Assembly (NCBI RefSeq): GCF_902652985.1
Contig: NW_022979151.1
Coordinates: forward strand, 1-64,000
Direction of reading: 5' to 3'
Length of the DNA stretch: 64,000 bases
Source: Pecten maximus
Taxonomy: Eukaryota
Under the pieces are notes generated by a model. It was not told where the DNA came from, did no database searches, and saw only the letters and a program-made list of their open reading frames with translations. Each line of letters begins with the position of its first letter. Position 1 is the first letter of the stretch. Of the stretch, positions 24,889 to 37,127 are shown one piece after another. Both the position numbers and the translations under genes were made by a program.

Positions 24889-24925
24889 CCTACAAAGACA
24901 CCAAAGGGAGATTTTTAAATAAAAA
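24889..24925 (-). promoter_or_regulatory. Splice acceptor for subgenomic env mRNA
   Basis: Minus strand ctccctttggtgtctttgTAG|G, 14 nt upstream of the env ATG at 24875. Confidence 0.65.
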
Positions 24926-26285
24926 GAAATAATTTCATTATCGATCAATGGTAGTGAAAAAAAAGGTGGGAAATATGCGTCGACTCATATTTAACCCTAG
25001 CACTAGTTTACCCCTAGATTTGCTAAGGTAGGTATTGTTTTTAGACTATCATTGATGTCCACTATCAAAAATAGAGAAAGAAAAAAAAATGAATCTTTAA
25101 AAACAAAAATGGCCCCTAGAACTTATTTCTGAGAATTTTCTTAGGATTTCAGCAGATAAAAAGAATAAACAAAATTCTGTATTCCATGACACGGCAAAGA
25201 CCTTTATGGCTTCACATTTCAATATCACCTAACTACTCTTGAAATCTGGATTTTATCATGAACCTACTATATATTCCTATGGTTCACACAATATCAACTT
25301 TAAAGAAAGGACAACTGAAACTACATACATCTCCTACAAAAATTCGCTTGACATGTTACTATACGTATGCGAAATATTATTGAATCGACAATATATCGAA
25401 CGTTATGCTAACCATAGTGCAATTAAGTGTTAGCATCTCTTAGCTAACTACACTTTTCAGCCTGCTTACCACGAAAGAAAAAAAAAATTCAAAAACACAT
25501 CTCATGTACACTTTCCAATTAAATAATGAAAAGAAAAAAAAAATACCTCTTTCATTCCACTTTTCTACTAAACTTATCACTCTCACATTGAAATGGAAAT
25601 ACTGCTTAAATTAACACTAGTTTTGTGTCTATGGTAACGATATAATGGTCTATACACTTTTAAAATACTTTTTAGCCTTACCTAACCTTTTCTTTTTGCG
25701 CCCTTGTTTTGTATGAGTTCTGTTATATTCATCTACCCATTCTTTTTGAACATTGCTGGCTGGCTCCCATGTTGTAACGCTAGTTCCTTGCCATTTAATT
25801 TTTAGCTGTTGAATCCCATTCCTAACTCTACTGCCTAAAATTTTCTCGAATGGATATTCCTCTTGGGATCTATCGTCGAGGGGTTCAGTACTAGCAGGAT
25901 CGTCATGTGTAGGGTCGGGGTCTGGGATATTCTGTCTCTGAAAATCGACTAGATCATCCTGTGTCTGGTGATCGGGATTCTGGTTCAACTGAGCCTGAGG
26001 TTGGACCTCATTGAACCTATTTCTTTGGTCAGTGTGATAGTAGTGCTTTAATCTAACTGCATTGACTAAGGACTCTACAAGCTTACCTGTGTCTACGTTA
26101 CGTAGTTTGTAGGTGTAGTTGGGACCTAGGCGTTCTATCATGTAAGGACCCTTCCATTTGAGATGAAGTTTTGATGACTCACCTTTTGTGATGTGTGGGT
26201 CTGACAATAATACCGCATCACCTACCTTATAGTCTGGGACTTTGGCTGATGCGTCGTGGTGTACCTTTTGTCTTTCCTTTGCCTT

Positions 26286-28403
26286 TTTAGGTCATCTGAC
26301 CCGAAGGGTCAGGATGACCTATAGTCATCATGCTTCGTCCGGCGTCGTGCGCCGTGCGTCGTGCGCCGTGCGTAAACTTTTCACATTTCAATCTTCTTCT
26401 CAAGTTCCACCAGTGGGATTGAGCTGAAACTTGCCTGAAATGATCCTGAGATGGTCCTGACCAAGTGTTGTTATTTTTCGGGTCAGTCCGAAATCCAAGA
26501 TGGCCGTCATAGCCGCCATTTTGGAAACACATTTTAAACTTCTTCTCAAGTTCCACCAGTGCTGTTGGGCTGAAACTTGCCAGAAATGATCCTGTGATTA
26601 TCCCGACCAAGTGTTGTTATTTTTCGGGTCGGTCCGAAATCCAAGATGGCCGCCATAGCCGCCATCTTGAAAAACACATTTTAAACTTCTTCTCAAGTTC
26701 CACCAGTGCTATTGAGCTGAAACTTGCCTGAAATGATCCTGAGATGATCCCGACCAAGTGTTGTTATTTTTCGGGTCGGTCCGAAATCCAAGATGGCCGC
26801 CATACCTGCCATCTTGAAAAACACATTTTAAACTTCTTCTCAAGTTCCACCAGTCCTATTGAGATGAAACTTGCCTGAAATGATCCTGATATGATCTCGA
26901 CCAAGTGTTGTTATTTTTCGGGTCGGTCCGAAATCCAAGATGGCCGCCATAGCTGCCATTTTGAAAACACATTTTATACTTCTTCTCAGGTTCCACCAGT
27001 GATATTGAGCTGAAACTTGCATGAAATGATCCTGAGATGGTCCTGACCAAGTGTTGTTATTTTTCGGGTCAGTCCGAAATCCAAGATGGCCGCCATAGCC
27101 GCCATTTTGGAAACACATTTTAAACTTCTTCTCAAGTTCCACCAGTGCTGTTGGGCTGAAACTTGCCAGAAATGATCCTGTGATGATCCCGACCAAGTGT
27201 TGTTATTTTTCGGGTCGGTCCGAAATCCAAGATGGCCGCCATAGCCGCCATCTTAAAAAACACATTTTAAACTTCTTCTCAAGTTCCACCAGTGCTATTG
27301 AGCTGAAACTTGCCTGAAATGATCCTGAGATGATCCCGACCAAGTGTTGTTATTTTTCGGGTCGGTCCGAAATCCAAGATGGCCGCCATACCTGCCATCT
27401 TGAAAAACACATTTTAAACTTCTTCTCAAGTTCCACCAGTCTTATTGAGATGAAACTTGCCTGAAATGATCCTGATATGATCTCGACCAAGTGTTGTTAT
27501 TTTTCGGGTCGGTCCGAAATCCAAGATGGCCGCCATAGCTGCCATTTTGAAAACACATTTTATACTTCTTCTCAGGTTCCACCAGTGATATTGAGCTGAA
27601 ACTTGCCTGAAATGAACCTGATATGATCGTGACCAAGTGTTGTTATTTTTCGGGTCGGTCCGAAATCCAAGATGGCCGCCATAGGCGCCATCTTGAAAAA
27701 CACATTTTAAACTTCTTCTCAAGTTCCAGCAGTGCTATTGAGCTGAAACTTGCCTGAAATGATCCTGATATGATCCCGACCAAGTGTTGTTATTTTTCGG
27801 GTCGGTCCGAAATCCAAGATGGCCCCCATAGCCGCCATTTTGAAAACACATTTTAAACTTCTTCTCCGGTTCCACCAGTGCTATTGAGCTGAAAATTGCC
27901 TGAAATGTTCCCGAGATGATCCCGACCAAGTGTTGTTATTTTTTAGATTGGTCTGAAATGCAAGATGGCCGCCATATCCACCATCTTAAAAAACACATTT
28001 TAAACTTCTTCTCCAGTTCCACTGGTGCCATTGAGCTCGAAATTGGTGAGGATGTTAAGGAAGGAGTGTCAACAAAGTTTTGTTATTTTTTCAGCCTTGT
28101 AAAAACTTTGGCATGGCAGCAATGGCGGCCATTTTGTAACATGATTGCACAATCATGGTTTTCCTGAACAACACCTATTTCAAACTTCTCAAATTCCACC
28201 GGTGGGATTCAGCTCTAACTTACCAGAAATGATCCTTAGATGGTCCAGACCAAGTGTTATTATTTATTGGGTCGGTCAGATATCCAAGATGGCCACCATG
28301 GCCAACAGTGCCACTATATACTTGCTACAGAGAATGCATACTACAATAATATAAGGGTTTTAATTTAGAGTCAGATGACCGTTAAGGCCCCTGGGCCTCT
28401 TGT
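26286..28403 (+). mobile_element. Non-autonomous Helentron-associated element (HINE-like) carrying a satellite array
   Basis: 5' GGTCATCTGAC with local hairpin and (GTGCGCC/GTGCGTC) microsatellite, 3' GTCAGATGACC subTIR and AGGCCC-CT-GGGCCT hairpin, inserted in a T-run. Confidence 0.85.
26394..28260. repeat. ~146-147 bp tandem satellite, ~12 copies, with a 586-bp four-monomer higher-order unit
   Basis: cttcttctcaagttccaccagt...tccaagatggccgcc units; diagnostic variants recur 586 bp apart. Confidence 0.92.
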
Positions 28404-30510
28404 CTATGTTTACCTTGGCTATTTTGTGTGTCATGGACTTATTGTCGATGTATTCCTGAATAGCTTGTCTATGATTTTTGCCTACCTTGTCTTTTGGGAT
28501 CAGTTGAACATCGATTGGCATCCTCATTTCGGTGCCATGCACCAAGAAATACGGGGAGTACTCAGAAGACGATGATGGCGCCATTCTGAATGCCATCATG
28601 ATACCTGGAATTTTTGACGGCCAGTTAGTCTGGTCACCGTCACTACAAGCTCGTAAGCACTGTGCTAGCGTACTGTTCATACGCTCAACCACGCTGTTCG
28701 TTTGTGGATGGTACGAGCTAGTAGTGCTACGGCCAATGTCAAATAATTCGCACAGGGCACCTACTAGTTTGGAAGTGAAGTTCTTACCTCTGTCTGATAC
28801 GAGATAGCGGATTGCTCCATATCGTGCTATGATATTGGTATACAATACTCTAGCAACTTCAGTAGCCTCTTGGGAACGCAAACAAAAAGCTTCCGGCCAC
28901 TGTGTGAAGCTATCTACGACCAACAAAATGTAGGTATATTTGTCCTTACTTGTAGGTAGTGGTCCTAGGATGTCCATGTGCCATCTTTCAAACTTACCTG
29001 CAACCGGTAGCGGTGTTAAAGGTACCTTAGTGGCATGGTAGTTGCGTTTAGCCAACTGACACGCTTGACAGGACTGAACATAGTCCTCTATCTCAGCGTA
29101 CATATTAGGCCAGTAGTACCTAAGTTTGATAGCACCGTACGTTTTTTCAAAACCCAGATGTGCACCGCCGGCATGGCTATCATGGAATGATTCCATTACA
29201 TTTCTATGAAAGCCATTTGGGACAGCGACACGTCTGACAATTCTGGAAATACCTGGAACAGCTTTTGCGGCGAGATTCAGAATGTGATACAAAACACCAT
29301 TTTTCCCAACTTCATAGGAATTTGACTTAGCATCAAGCTGTCTAGCAGCTCTTTTGTTTTTAGGAACGATACCCTTTTCCTTATAGTCCAAAATTGGTTT
29401 AAAATGTGTATCGCCATGTTGTGACTGAATAAGTTCTTGCAACTGCATCTCGTCTACATTAGGTGTATTACCTGGTTGGAATTTGGCAAGATCGATAACT
29501 GGTTCATCGTCTAGCTCAGGTGCACTGACCTCCATGACACTGGGTATTGTGTCTGATGTACGAGTAATATCTGTCTTGAATTCGATTACACAGGTCTCAT
29601 CCGTGTTGTCGTCGACTTCTAATACTTCCATGTCGGGGGATGCTGTAAGAGCATTTACCGACAGAGACTTACCTTTTTCATCTCCAGTGTCGTAATCTCG
29701 ACGAGATAAGGCATCCGCGTTTTGGTTTGTTACCCCAGGTTTATGATCAATAGAGAAGTTGTACCCTTGGAGTTTTAATGACCATCTAGCTAACCTACCT
29801 TGCCTGTCCTTGATTGTCTTTAGAAACTTGACAGTAAGGTTGTCTGTATACACTTGGAAGTGTTTATTAGCAAGGTAAGGATGGTAGACTTTTATGGCTT
29901 CAACGAGAGCAAGACATTCTCTTTCTGATACATCCCAGTTGAGTTCATTTCCTCGTAGAGCTCTACCTCCGTAAGCTATCACTCTTTCTCTTCCCTGATC
30001 ATCTTTTTGACCTAAGATATGACCTATTGCAGTACCTGATGCGTCAGTGGCCAAAATAAAAGGCTTATCCATCTGGGGAAATGCGAGAATGGGAGGAGAG
30101 ACCAACGCCAATTTCAGTTTTTGAAAAGCTTGTTCGCATTCGTCAGACCAGCGAAATTTGGTATCTTTCTTAAGTAGCGCGTTCAAGGGTTTCGCTACCT
30201 TTGCGAAGTCTTTGATAAATCTCCTATAGTAATTACAAAGACCGGTAAAAGCTCTAACGTCTTTAACTTTTCTTTGCGTTGGAAAGTTTCTTACCTTGTC
30301 TGTTGTTGCAGGGTTCACTTCAATACCATCTTTGGACAGGAAATGTCCCAAGTACTCCACTTTTTTCAGTGCAGATGGTGTAAGTGCGTGTTGAAATCTT
30401 TGCTGAAAATTAGTATGTCATCCACATAGACCAGTACATATTTCCAGAAAAGACCCCTGAGCACTTGTGCCATCACCATTTGAAAGCTCATTGGCGCATT
30501 CATGAGACCA

Positions 30511-31010
30511 NNNNNNNNNNNNNNNNNNNNNNNNNNNNNNNNNNNNNNNNNNNNNNNNNNNNNNNNNNNNNNNNNNNNNNNNNNNNNNNNNNNNNNNNNN
30601 NNNNNNNNNNNNNNNNNNNNNNNNNNNNNNNNNNNNNNNNNNNNNNNNNNNNNNNNNNNNNNNNNNNNNNNNNNNNNNNNNNNNNNNNNNNNNNNNNNNN
30701 NNNNNNNNNNNNNNNNNNNNNNNNNNNNNNNNNNNNNNNNNNNNNNNNNNNNNNNNNNNNNNNNNNNNNNNNNNNNNNNNNNNNNNNNNNNNNNNNNNNN
30801 NNNNNNNNNNNNNNNNNNNNNNNNNNNNNNNNNNNNNNNNNNNNNNNNNNNNNNNNNNNNNNNNNNNNNNNNNNNNNNNNNNNNNNNNNNNNNNNNNNNN
30901 NNNNNNNNNNNNNNNNNNNNNNNNNNNNNNNNNNNNNNNNNNNNNNNNNNNNNNNNNNNNNNNNNNNNNNNNNNNNNNNNNNNNNNNNNNNNNNNNNNNN
31001 NNNNNNNNNN
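30511..31010. other. Scaffold gap (500 N)
   Basis: Run of N. Confidence 1.
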
Positions 31011-31142
31011 TACTGAATCTGATACACTATTTTTGAATACAATATTTACAAAATTGTCGTTCAGTTCTGTAGAAAAACAAGGACTAAGAGAGTTATTCGG
31101 CCTAGACAAGGGAACCCCTTTAACCTGGTCAGGCGAAAAATC

Positions 31143-32270
31143 CTATTGGTTGTGTTTATTCTTCTGACAAACCCTTGCCAAATGACCTTGTTTCTGACAA
31201 GCGAAGCACTGCTTGCGTTGTCTGAAGACCTCGCAGTCTATTTGTTTATGGTCGTAAGCACCACAACTCCAGCAACTGATACCGTTTGATTGATGTGCAT
31301 TGCTAAAGGACTGGTGATTAGGCCTAGATGTAGACTTGGGTTGAGAAAAATTGTTTGACCTTGCATGATTTCTCCTATTGCCCGAGTGACCCGAATTATT
31401 AAAGTGACCCCTGGAATTCCCTGATTGGAAACGACCCTGCGATGCACTCTCTGTTAAAACGTTTACACTTGTGTTTAGTTGTGACGTCATCACCGAAATA
31501 GCACTGAGAATTTTATCAAGAGCCTCTGAAGATTGACTTTGATCTGGGGATTTTGCATTTTGACTTGACTCTGAAGATGCTATGTCTTTGGTGTTGTTAA
31601 CCATAAGGGACCTCTCTGCTATCTCTGCAGCCCTCGTAAAATCATCTAATGTTTTAGGATCCGATTGTATAACCGGCGTTCTGATATCAGGTTTAAGACC
31701 TGCCATTAAAATGTTGAAAACTTGCTTTTCATCTACTTTTGCTTGCCTTGCCTTACACCTTACAGACGTTATGTACTGGGTTACAGGTTGCATGTAACCC
31801 TGAACCATACCATGTAGCTCCCGATACGGAATCCATGTCATGTTTTCCGGAACATTAAAACGTTCTTGAAATTTTTGGTATATTTGATCTATGTCTTTCC
31901 TTATGGGATCAGGTAGCTCCTGAAACCACTGACTAGCTGTCGACTGACTTTTGATGCACATCGAAAACAAATTTGGTTGAAGCGCTTTATCTGTCTGTGC
32001 AAACGTAACATAGTTTTTAAACTGGTCAATAAATGTGTCTGCTTCTTCTTGAGATTTGGACTCACCCGCAAATTGTGTTATAGCCTTATGAATGTTGACC
32101 GCCATACCTTTTTTCTTTAATTTTGGTTGTTCTTGTTGAATAGTATCCTGTTCGGAGTGTTCTTCTACTGGCGGTGTCTGTAGATACTGTTGGCTGTTCA
32201 AGAAGTCTGGTCCATACTTTCTAAGCGGGTATCCGTGCCGTATATCGTTGATAGGCTGGTTACCAGACAT
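31143..32270 (-). CDS. gag: Gag with two CCHC zinc knuckles
   Basis: CWSCGAYDHKQIDC and CFACQKQGHLARVC; capsid-like region; first in-frame ATG at 32270. Confidence 0.92.
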   Translation of the reverse strand: MSGNQPINDIRHGYPLRKYGPDFLNSQQYLQTPPVEEHSEQDTIQQEQPKLKKKGMAVNIHKAITQFAGESKSQEEADTFIDQFKNYVTFAQTDKALQPNLFSMCIKSQSTASQWFQELPDPIRKDIDQIYQKFQERFNVPENMTWIPYRELHGMVQGYMQPVTQYITSVRCKARQAKVDEKQVFNILMAGLKPDIRTPVIQSDPKTLDDFTRAAEIAERSLMVNNTKDIASSESSQNAKSPDQSQSSEALDKILSAISVMTSQLNTSVNVLTESASQGRFQSGNSRGHFNNSGHSGNRRNHARSNNFSQPKSTSRPNHQSFSNAHQSNGISCWSCGAYDHKQIDCEVFRQRKQCFACQKQGHLARVCQKNKHNQ

Positions 32271-32288
32271 CCGGGACCATCGTGGAAA

Positions 32289-32296
32289 CTCCACCA
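32289..32296 (-). promoter_or_regulatory. Primer-binding site (TGGTGGAG, tRNA-Ala-like, short match)
   Basis: 3 nt inside the 5' LTR; complementary to a CUCCACCA tRNA 3' end. Confidence 0.6.
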
Positions 32297-32299
32297 AGC

Positions 32300-34119
32300 T
32301 GTGACAAGGCTGGTTGCTAGGGAATTAGCTCGTATAGGCCAGCGTTGTCACGTAGTATATAGGAATCTTCAACAAACAAAGATGAATCTTGTTTCTGTGT
32401 CCAAATAGATGTTTTATTCGTGGCGTCTTGTTCGAAAGTCAAATGATACATAATATACAATATAAATTTGAGGAATGAAACGTTTTATATTAATTTACAC
32501 ATTTACGTACAAATGGAAAGATCGAAATAAGAACAAGTTATATATTGTAACAATGATATCAAAATAATTGTTTATAATAAGTATTAATAAAACCACGGAC
32601 TTAGAAAGTCTAATTCCGTAATAACTACGTTAGAAATGCATAACGCTTATACAAAGGAACGAGTCATTAAATGACCCTATATACAGTGTATAGAATTTCG
32701 CAGTTCAAGGTCACAAACGACCCTAATTATAACTGAATACTTGTGGCACAATATATATACATAACATGACATATAAAACAAATACTTTCCAATAATGCAA
32801 TGAGAAAGGTAAAACTAGCGAAATAAGACTCAAAATGGCTATCCGCAAAAATGTGAAAAACAAAGGGAACTTACATGACTTTATAAATACTAAATCGAAA
32901 CCGAAATATAATGTCCGGAATAATATTGATTTAGGCAATTTGTGTGATTCAATACTTTAAGAACGAATGCTGATTCTCATAAGAAGACAAATACCAATAA
33001 TGAGAATTCCTACTCATCAATTTAAACTTAAAATTGATTACATATTTAATGACGCGGAACTATAAACCACATGATAAATGCGAACATCAAAAAGCAAAGA
33101 TTCTTTATAAAGCAAATACTACAAACCGATAGTTATTAACTGACTTTCTATTACAAGAAAATATTAACAATGATATATACGAAATATCTTTACAACGAGA
33201 AACTAACGTTATTAAACTAAATTCATACAAAGTATATTCTTAAAACAAGCATTATTAAAATGCATATCTATTTATAAAAATAGTATTAAGGCAAGAATAG
33301 TTATCTACATATCTAGAAACAAAAACGGAAAACTTTACATTCATAAATCATCAGAACATATAAAATTAGGTTGATAAACAAGGAAAGTTCTTACCTTCAA
33401 CAAACAAAGATGAATCTTGTTTCTGTGTCCAAATAGATGTTTTATTCGTGGCGTCTTGTTCGAAAGTAACAAGAACCACCTGGACACAGTAAGTTAAGAA
33501 TCATCGGAACTTTCCTAAACCAATCAAATTACGTTTTACAAATTACTTCGGCTGAAGTTTCATCTATTAACCAATCAAAACTAATTTAGCGTAATGGTCA
33601 GTAGCTCTGTTTGTTTACCGAACTGGCCATGACCGGTTAATTACTGGTTTAGACCTGTCACCAATATCTCAGGTTAGCTGAGGTATTGTGACGTAACAAT
33701 TGTCACTAGACCCCTTAATTGCCGGCTAAGTGAAAACATTTCTTTTGAAGTTATTGGACATATGGCCTGACACTTATTCCTAAAACGACTCAGAAATAAC
33801 AGCTTGGAACACCTGTGATCGAATCTTTTAAGGACAGCTTTTTATATGTTTGTTTATCGCTGACATATTGACTGACATTCTAACGAAGGCTTATATCTTG
33901 TAAACACTTTGTAATCCTGATGTGTTATAATACAACTTTTAAGGAATAGCGGACATTCCTGTTCAAAATAAAATCTTAAAGTCAAAATTATCTTTCTCAT
34001 TTTAAGTGAAATACAAAAATTAAATTATCTAAACTAGAAGTCCTATTGATATAAAATATATCGTTTAATTTTTGCTTTATTTTGAAACCAAATATGACAG
34101 AGTGTTTAACACTGCGACA
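32300..34119 (-). repeat. 5' LTR (1820 bp, long form with ~1-kb extra segment and 73-bp duplication)
   Basis: 32367-32439 is duplicated at 33395-33467; the rest matches the 3' LTR. Confidence 0.9.
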
Positions 34120-34920
34120 GTCCTACAGTTATTTGAATTTCTCGTACATCAACGAGTATTTTAGAAGAATCGTTTCTATTATCATGAACTAATAGCACAC
34201 CAATGTGAACACTTTCCGTATCAATCCCTTGTGAATAGCACTTAAAATTCCGAAGATTAAATTTTCGTGCAGTGCAATTGCATTGATCGTTATCCATGAC
34301 TGTATCATCCAATTTTTTATGTAAACTAATTCCTGTTCATGAGTGAAATGTTTTCTATTCAATACCCGTGGCCGGTTCTGGCCGTACCGAGTGAAACGAT
34401 TAAGAACTTGATACAATTTATCGTAAGGTTTCATATTTGGAAGTCGGTTGGTGTCTAATCGTCCAGGTAGGGATGCCTTTTCATTAGATGACAGTCGGAC
34501 CCTGCCTCATCACTAGATGTCATAATTGCTTATCGTAAACCGATGTTCGTATTACTAAGATTCATCTTGGAGATAATCATCTTGGAGATAATGATGGGGG
34601 GTCGGATCGTACCACGATCCTATGTGAGGTTGAATTACTATACCGTGACTTCGTCTTTTCACTTTATGTCACGTTTCCTCACAAAGTTTTAAAAACACCG
34701 ATGCTTATCGCAAACCCATGTTCGTATTACTAAGTTACATTAGTTAATTTATTGTTCAGATTCATCTTGGAGATAATCATCTTGGAGATAATGATGGGAG
34801 TCGGATCGTACCATCGTACGGTTAAGGTTGAATTATTATACCGTGACATCGTCTTTTCACTTCATGTCACGTTTTCTCACAAAGTTTTAATAATACCGAT
34901 ACTTATGTTACTGAGGTCTC

Positions 34921-35218
34921 GTAGTGTTATATAGAGGTTCCTAGGAGTCCAATGGTAGGTCCAAAAGGAGGTCCCGTAGTGTTATATAGGAGGTCCTAGG
35001 AGACCAATGGTAGGTCCAAAAGGAGGTACCGTAGTGTTATATAAGAGGTCCTAGGAGTCCAATGGTAGGTCCAAAAGGAGGTCCCGTAGTGTTATATAGG
35101 AGGTCCTAGGAGTCCAATGGTAGGTCCAAAAGGAGGTCCCGTAGTGTTATATAGGAGGTCCTAGGAGTCCAATGGTAGGTCCAAAAGGAGGTCCCGTAGT
35201 GTTATATAGGAGGTCCTA
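34921..35218. repeat. 55-bp tandem repeat (~5.4 copies) in the putative Polinton terminal region
   Basis: gtagtgttatataggaggtcctaggagtccaatggtaggtccaaaaggaggtccc; preceded by a ~200-bp duplication at 34530-34900. Confidence 0.92.
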
Positions 35219-35424
35219 CCTGAGGGACCGTACACACCCCCAAAACACTACTACTCAAACCGAATGTTTTCTTGAATATATATAGAATAGAAATACCAGG
35301 GCCAGATGAAGACATTTCATCTGATACAAATGTAACTGTCTGACTATAAAATCCAATTTTAAATTTCTTTTAATATGACCTCAGACCCTGACGTTTCTCA
35401 GGGCCTTTGGCCCTTTGATTTGGT

Positions 35425-36736
35425 TATAGGCATGGTAAAGGCCCTTGTGATGCACTAGGTGGGATCATCAAGAAAGGTGCCGAAACTTTTGTGAAAAGTC
35501 GGAAAGGAACCATCAGAGATGCAAAGGAGTTGTTCCAATATTGTGAATCACACTTGAAAATAGGAAGTGGAATTGAGTGTGAACACAAACGAAGAGTCTT
35601 TTTTATTTTGATAAGATTAACAGAAAAGGGAGCAAAATCTGATACCCTAATAACTTTTGAAGTAACTCGGCAGTTGCATAGTGTACAATCAGTTGAGCCA
35701 GGTGTAGTGAAAGGTCGAAAATTTAAGCTGCTTTTGCAACTCCTGCACATCTCACAACAACAAATCAGATACTTGTGGAAACAAGGCATACATTCATGAA
35801 TGGAAGACCCACTATCTCAATGGAAAAAAATGTCCTTCCAAAGAACCCAACAGCTGTAGCAAGAAAAAGAAGAAACAAACAACTGCCAATGAAGGGAACA
35901 CACTTCATGATTAAGACAAAAACATTCCTTTCACTAAACCAAGGACCAATAACGAGAAAAAGTCAAAGAATAAGACAAAATATATTGGAAATATGCTGGA
36001 CATCTTCAGGAAAGCTAAAAATCATGAACTAAAACTTGTGGTTTTTTCGTATGCTAAAGATATGGAAAACATAGAAGTACGCCCAAATAACATCATAGAC
36101 GGTGGATCATTTGTCATTAACAAACTTGCTTATGGTTTGCTGCCTGATGATATACTTGATCAGGGAAGTTTGAAGTTACCAGTATGTGTTGGGGGCTGAT
36201 GGAAATTGCCTACCCCGCTGTGGTTCTGTCCATGCTTTTGGTCTTGAAGACAAACACAATGAAATTCGTGCTAGAATTGTGATTGAACTGACAAAAAATG
36301 AAGACATGTATCTAGATTGCAAACATCTAGCCCGAGGAACATCTCTTGTTGACCGTGAGGCAGCCAAACTTCCTGGTCACTTTGCTTTATACTCGCAAAA
36401 CTACACTGCTGGAGATATTGTGACTGAAACACCATAACAAGGATCTACCATCAAGAAGTTCTTGATATTTCACGTAGGAACTCCTTCATGGGTATTTGGC
36501 AGCTCTTCGGTCTTGCGTCAGTGCTCAAATGCAGAATATTTTCGGTGTATCCCAAGCTAGGAAACCCCTGTGTAAGACAAGATCTGCACAGGCAGATATT
36601 ACCAGTTGGCAAACCTGAATTTGAAGATGCATATTTCATGTGGACAACTACAAGAGAAGATATGACGAAAGAAACACGTTGGGTGCCAAACCACTTTGTT
36701 CCTCTCTTGTCAGTTGCAGCACCAACACCTCCATGA
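35425..36736 (+). pseudogene. Degraded DDE transposase C-terminus (Sola-like) followed by a vertnin-like OTU cysteine protease domain
   Basis: HGKGPCDALGGIIKK; ADGNCLPR (catalytic Cys motif), MGIWQLFGLASVL, WVPNHFVPL (His motif); several frameshifts and stops. Confidence 0.65.
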
Positions 36737-37127
36737 AATAACAGTTTTGTTCATATAGTGGATTCCATGGATTGTAGCTTTTCAGAAAATGAAGACCAGT
36801 CCATGGATATTTCTGGGCTTCATGATGTGTTGGAGCCATTTGAAGAGGTCAGTATTGATACATATATATACATGTTGTTTCAGCTCGTGGGTGCTCATGC
36901 ATGCTTTTGCAATCCATAAAAGAGTGAAGTTGTCCGTTTACTTTCCCTAACTTGTCTCATTGGGGTTTCCGTTCTAATCCTGATTTAAAACTTTTTGGTG
37001 ATCTCCTTTGTTTTAATTCCCTATTGTTTCTGAATACATTCATGTTTCCGAATCATAATTATACATCATGAGTATATTATATATGAATGATAATAATGAA
37101 AATTATGTTTATTCTTGCTCTTTTCAG

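Larger units (their letters stand above)
25650..31109 (-). pseudogene. pol: Gypsy Pol (RT, RNase H, integrase, GPY/F, chromodomain), interrupted by a HINE, a frameshift and an assembly gap
   Basis: YVDD, ATDAS, HHCC (H..H..CQAC), MDILGP/SDRG/VERMN, WKGPY, EKILGSR..KIKWQG..TWEP; frame is restored across the 26286-28403 insertion. Confidence 0.92.
21101..34119 (-). mobile_element. Env-bearing Ty3/Gypsy LTR retroelement (errantivirus-like), ~13 kb
   Basis: TG...CA LTRs, PBS, PPT and gag-pol-env order; flanks GTAC / GTCC give no perfect TSD; internal scaffold gap. Confidence 0.92.
1056..35255. mobile_element. Polinton/Maverick (adintovirus-like) endogenous element, decayed and interrupted by nested TEs; left end not in window
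   Basis: Clustered MCP, mCP, rve integrase, A32/FtsK-type ATPase, PW-like and pPolB genes; ...ACTACTACT at 35247-35255 after subterminal repeats resembles a Polinton (AGT)n terminus; continuity across the gap at 30511 is unverified. Confidence 0.85.

Noticed and set aside
26287-28167. Repeated ORFs containing GGHLGFRTDPK
   Set aside because: They are readings of the 146-bp satellite.
30465-31167. ORFs spanning the first gap
   Set aside because: They consist mostly of N.
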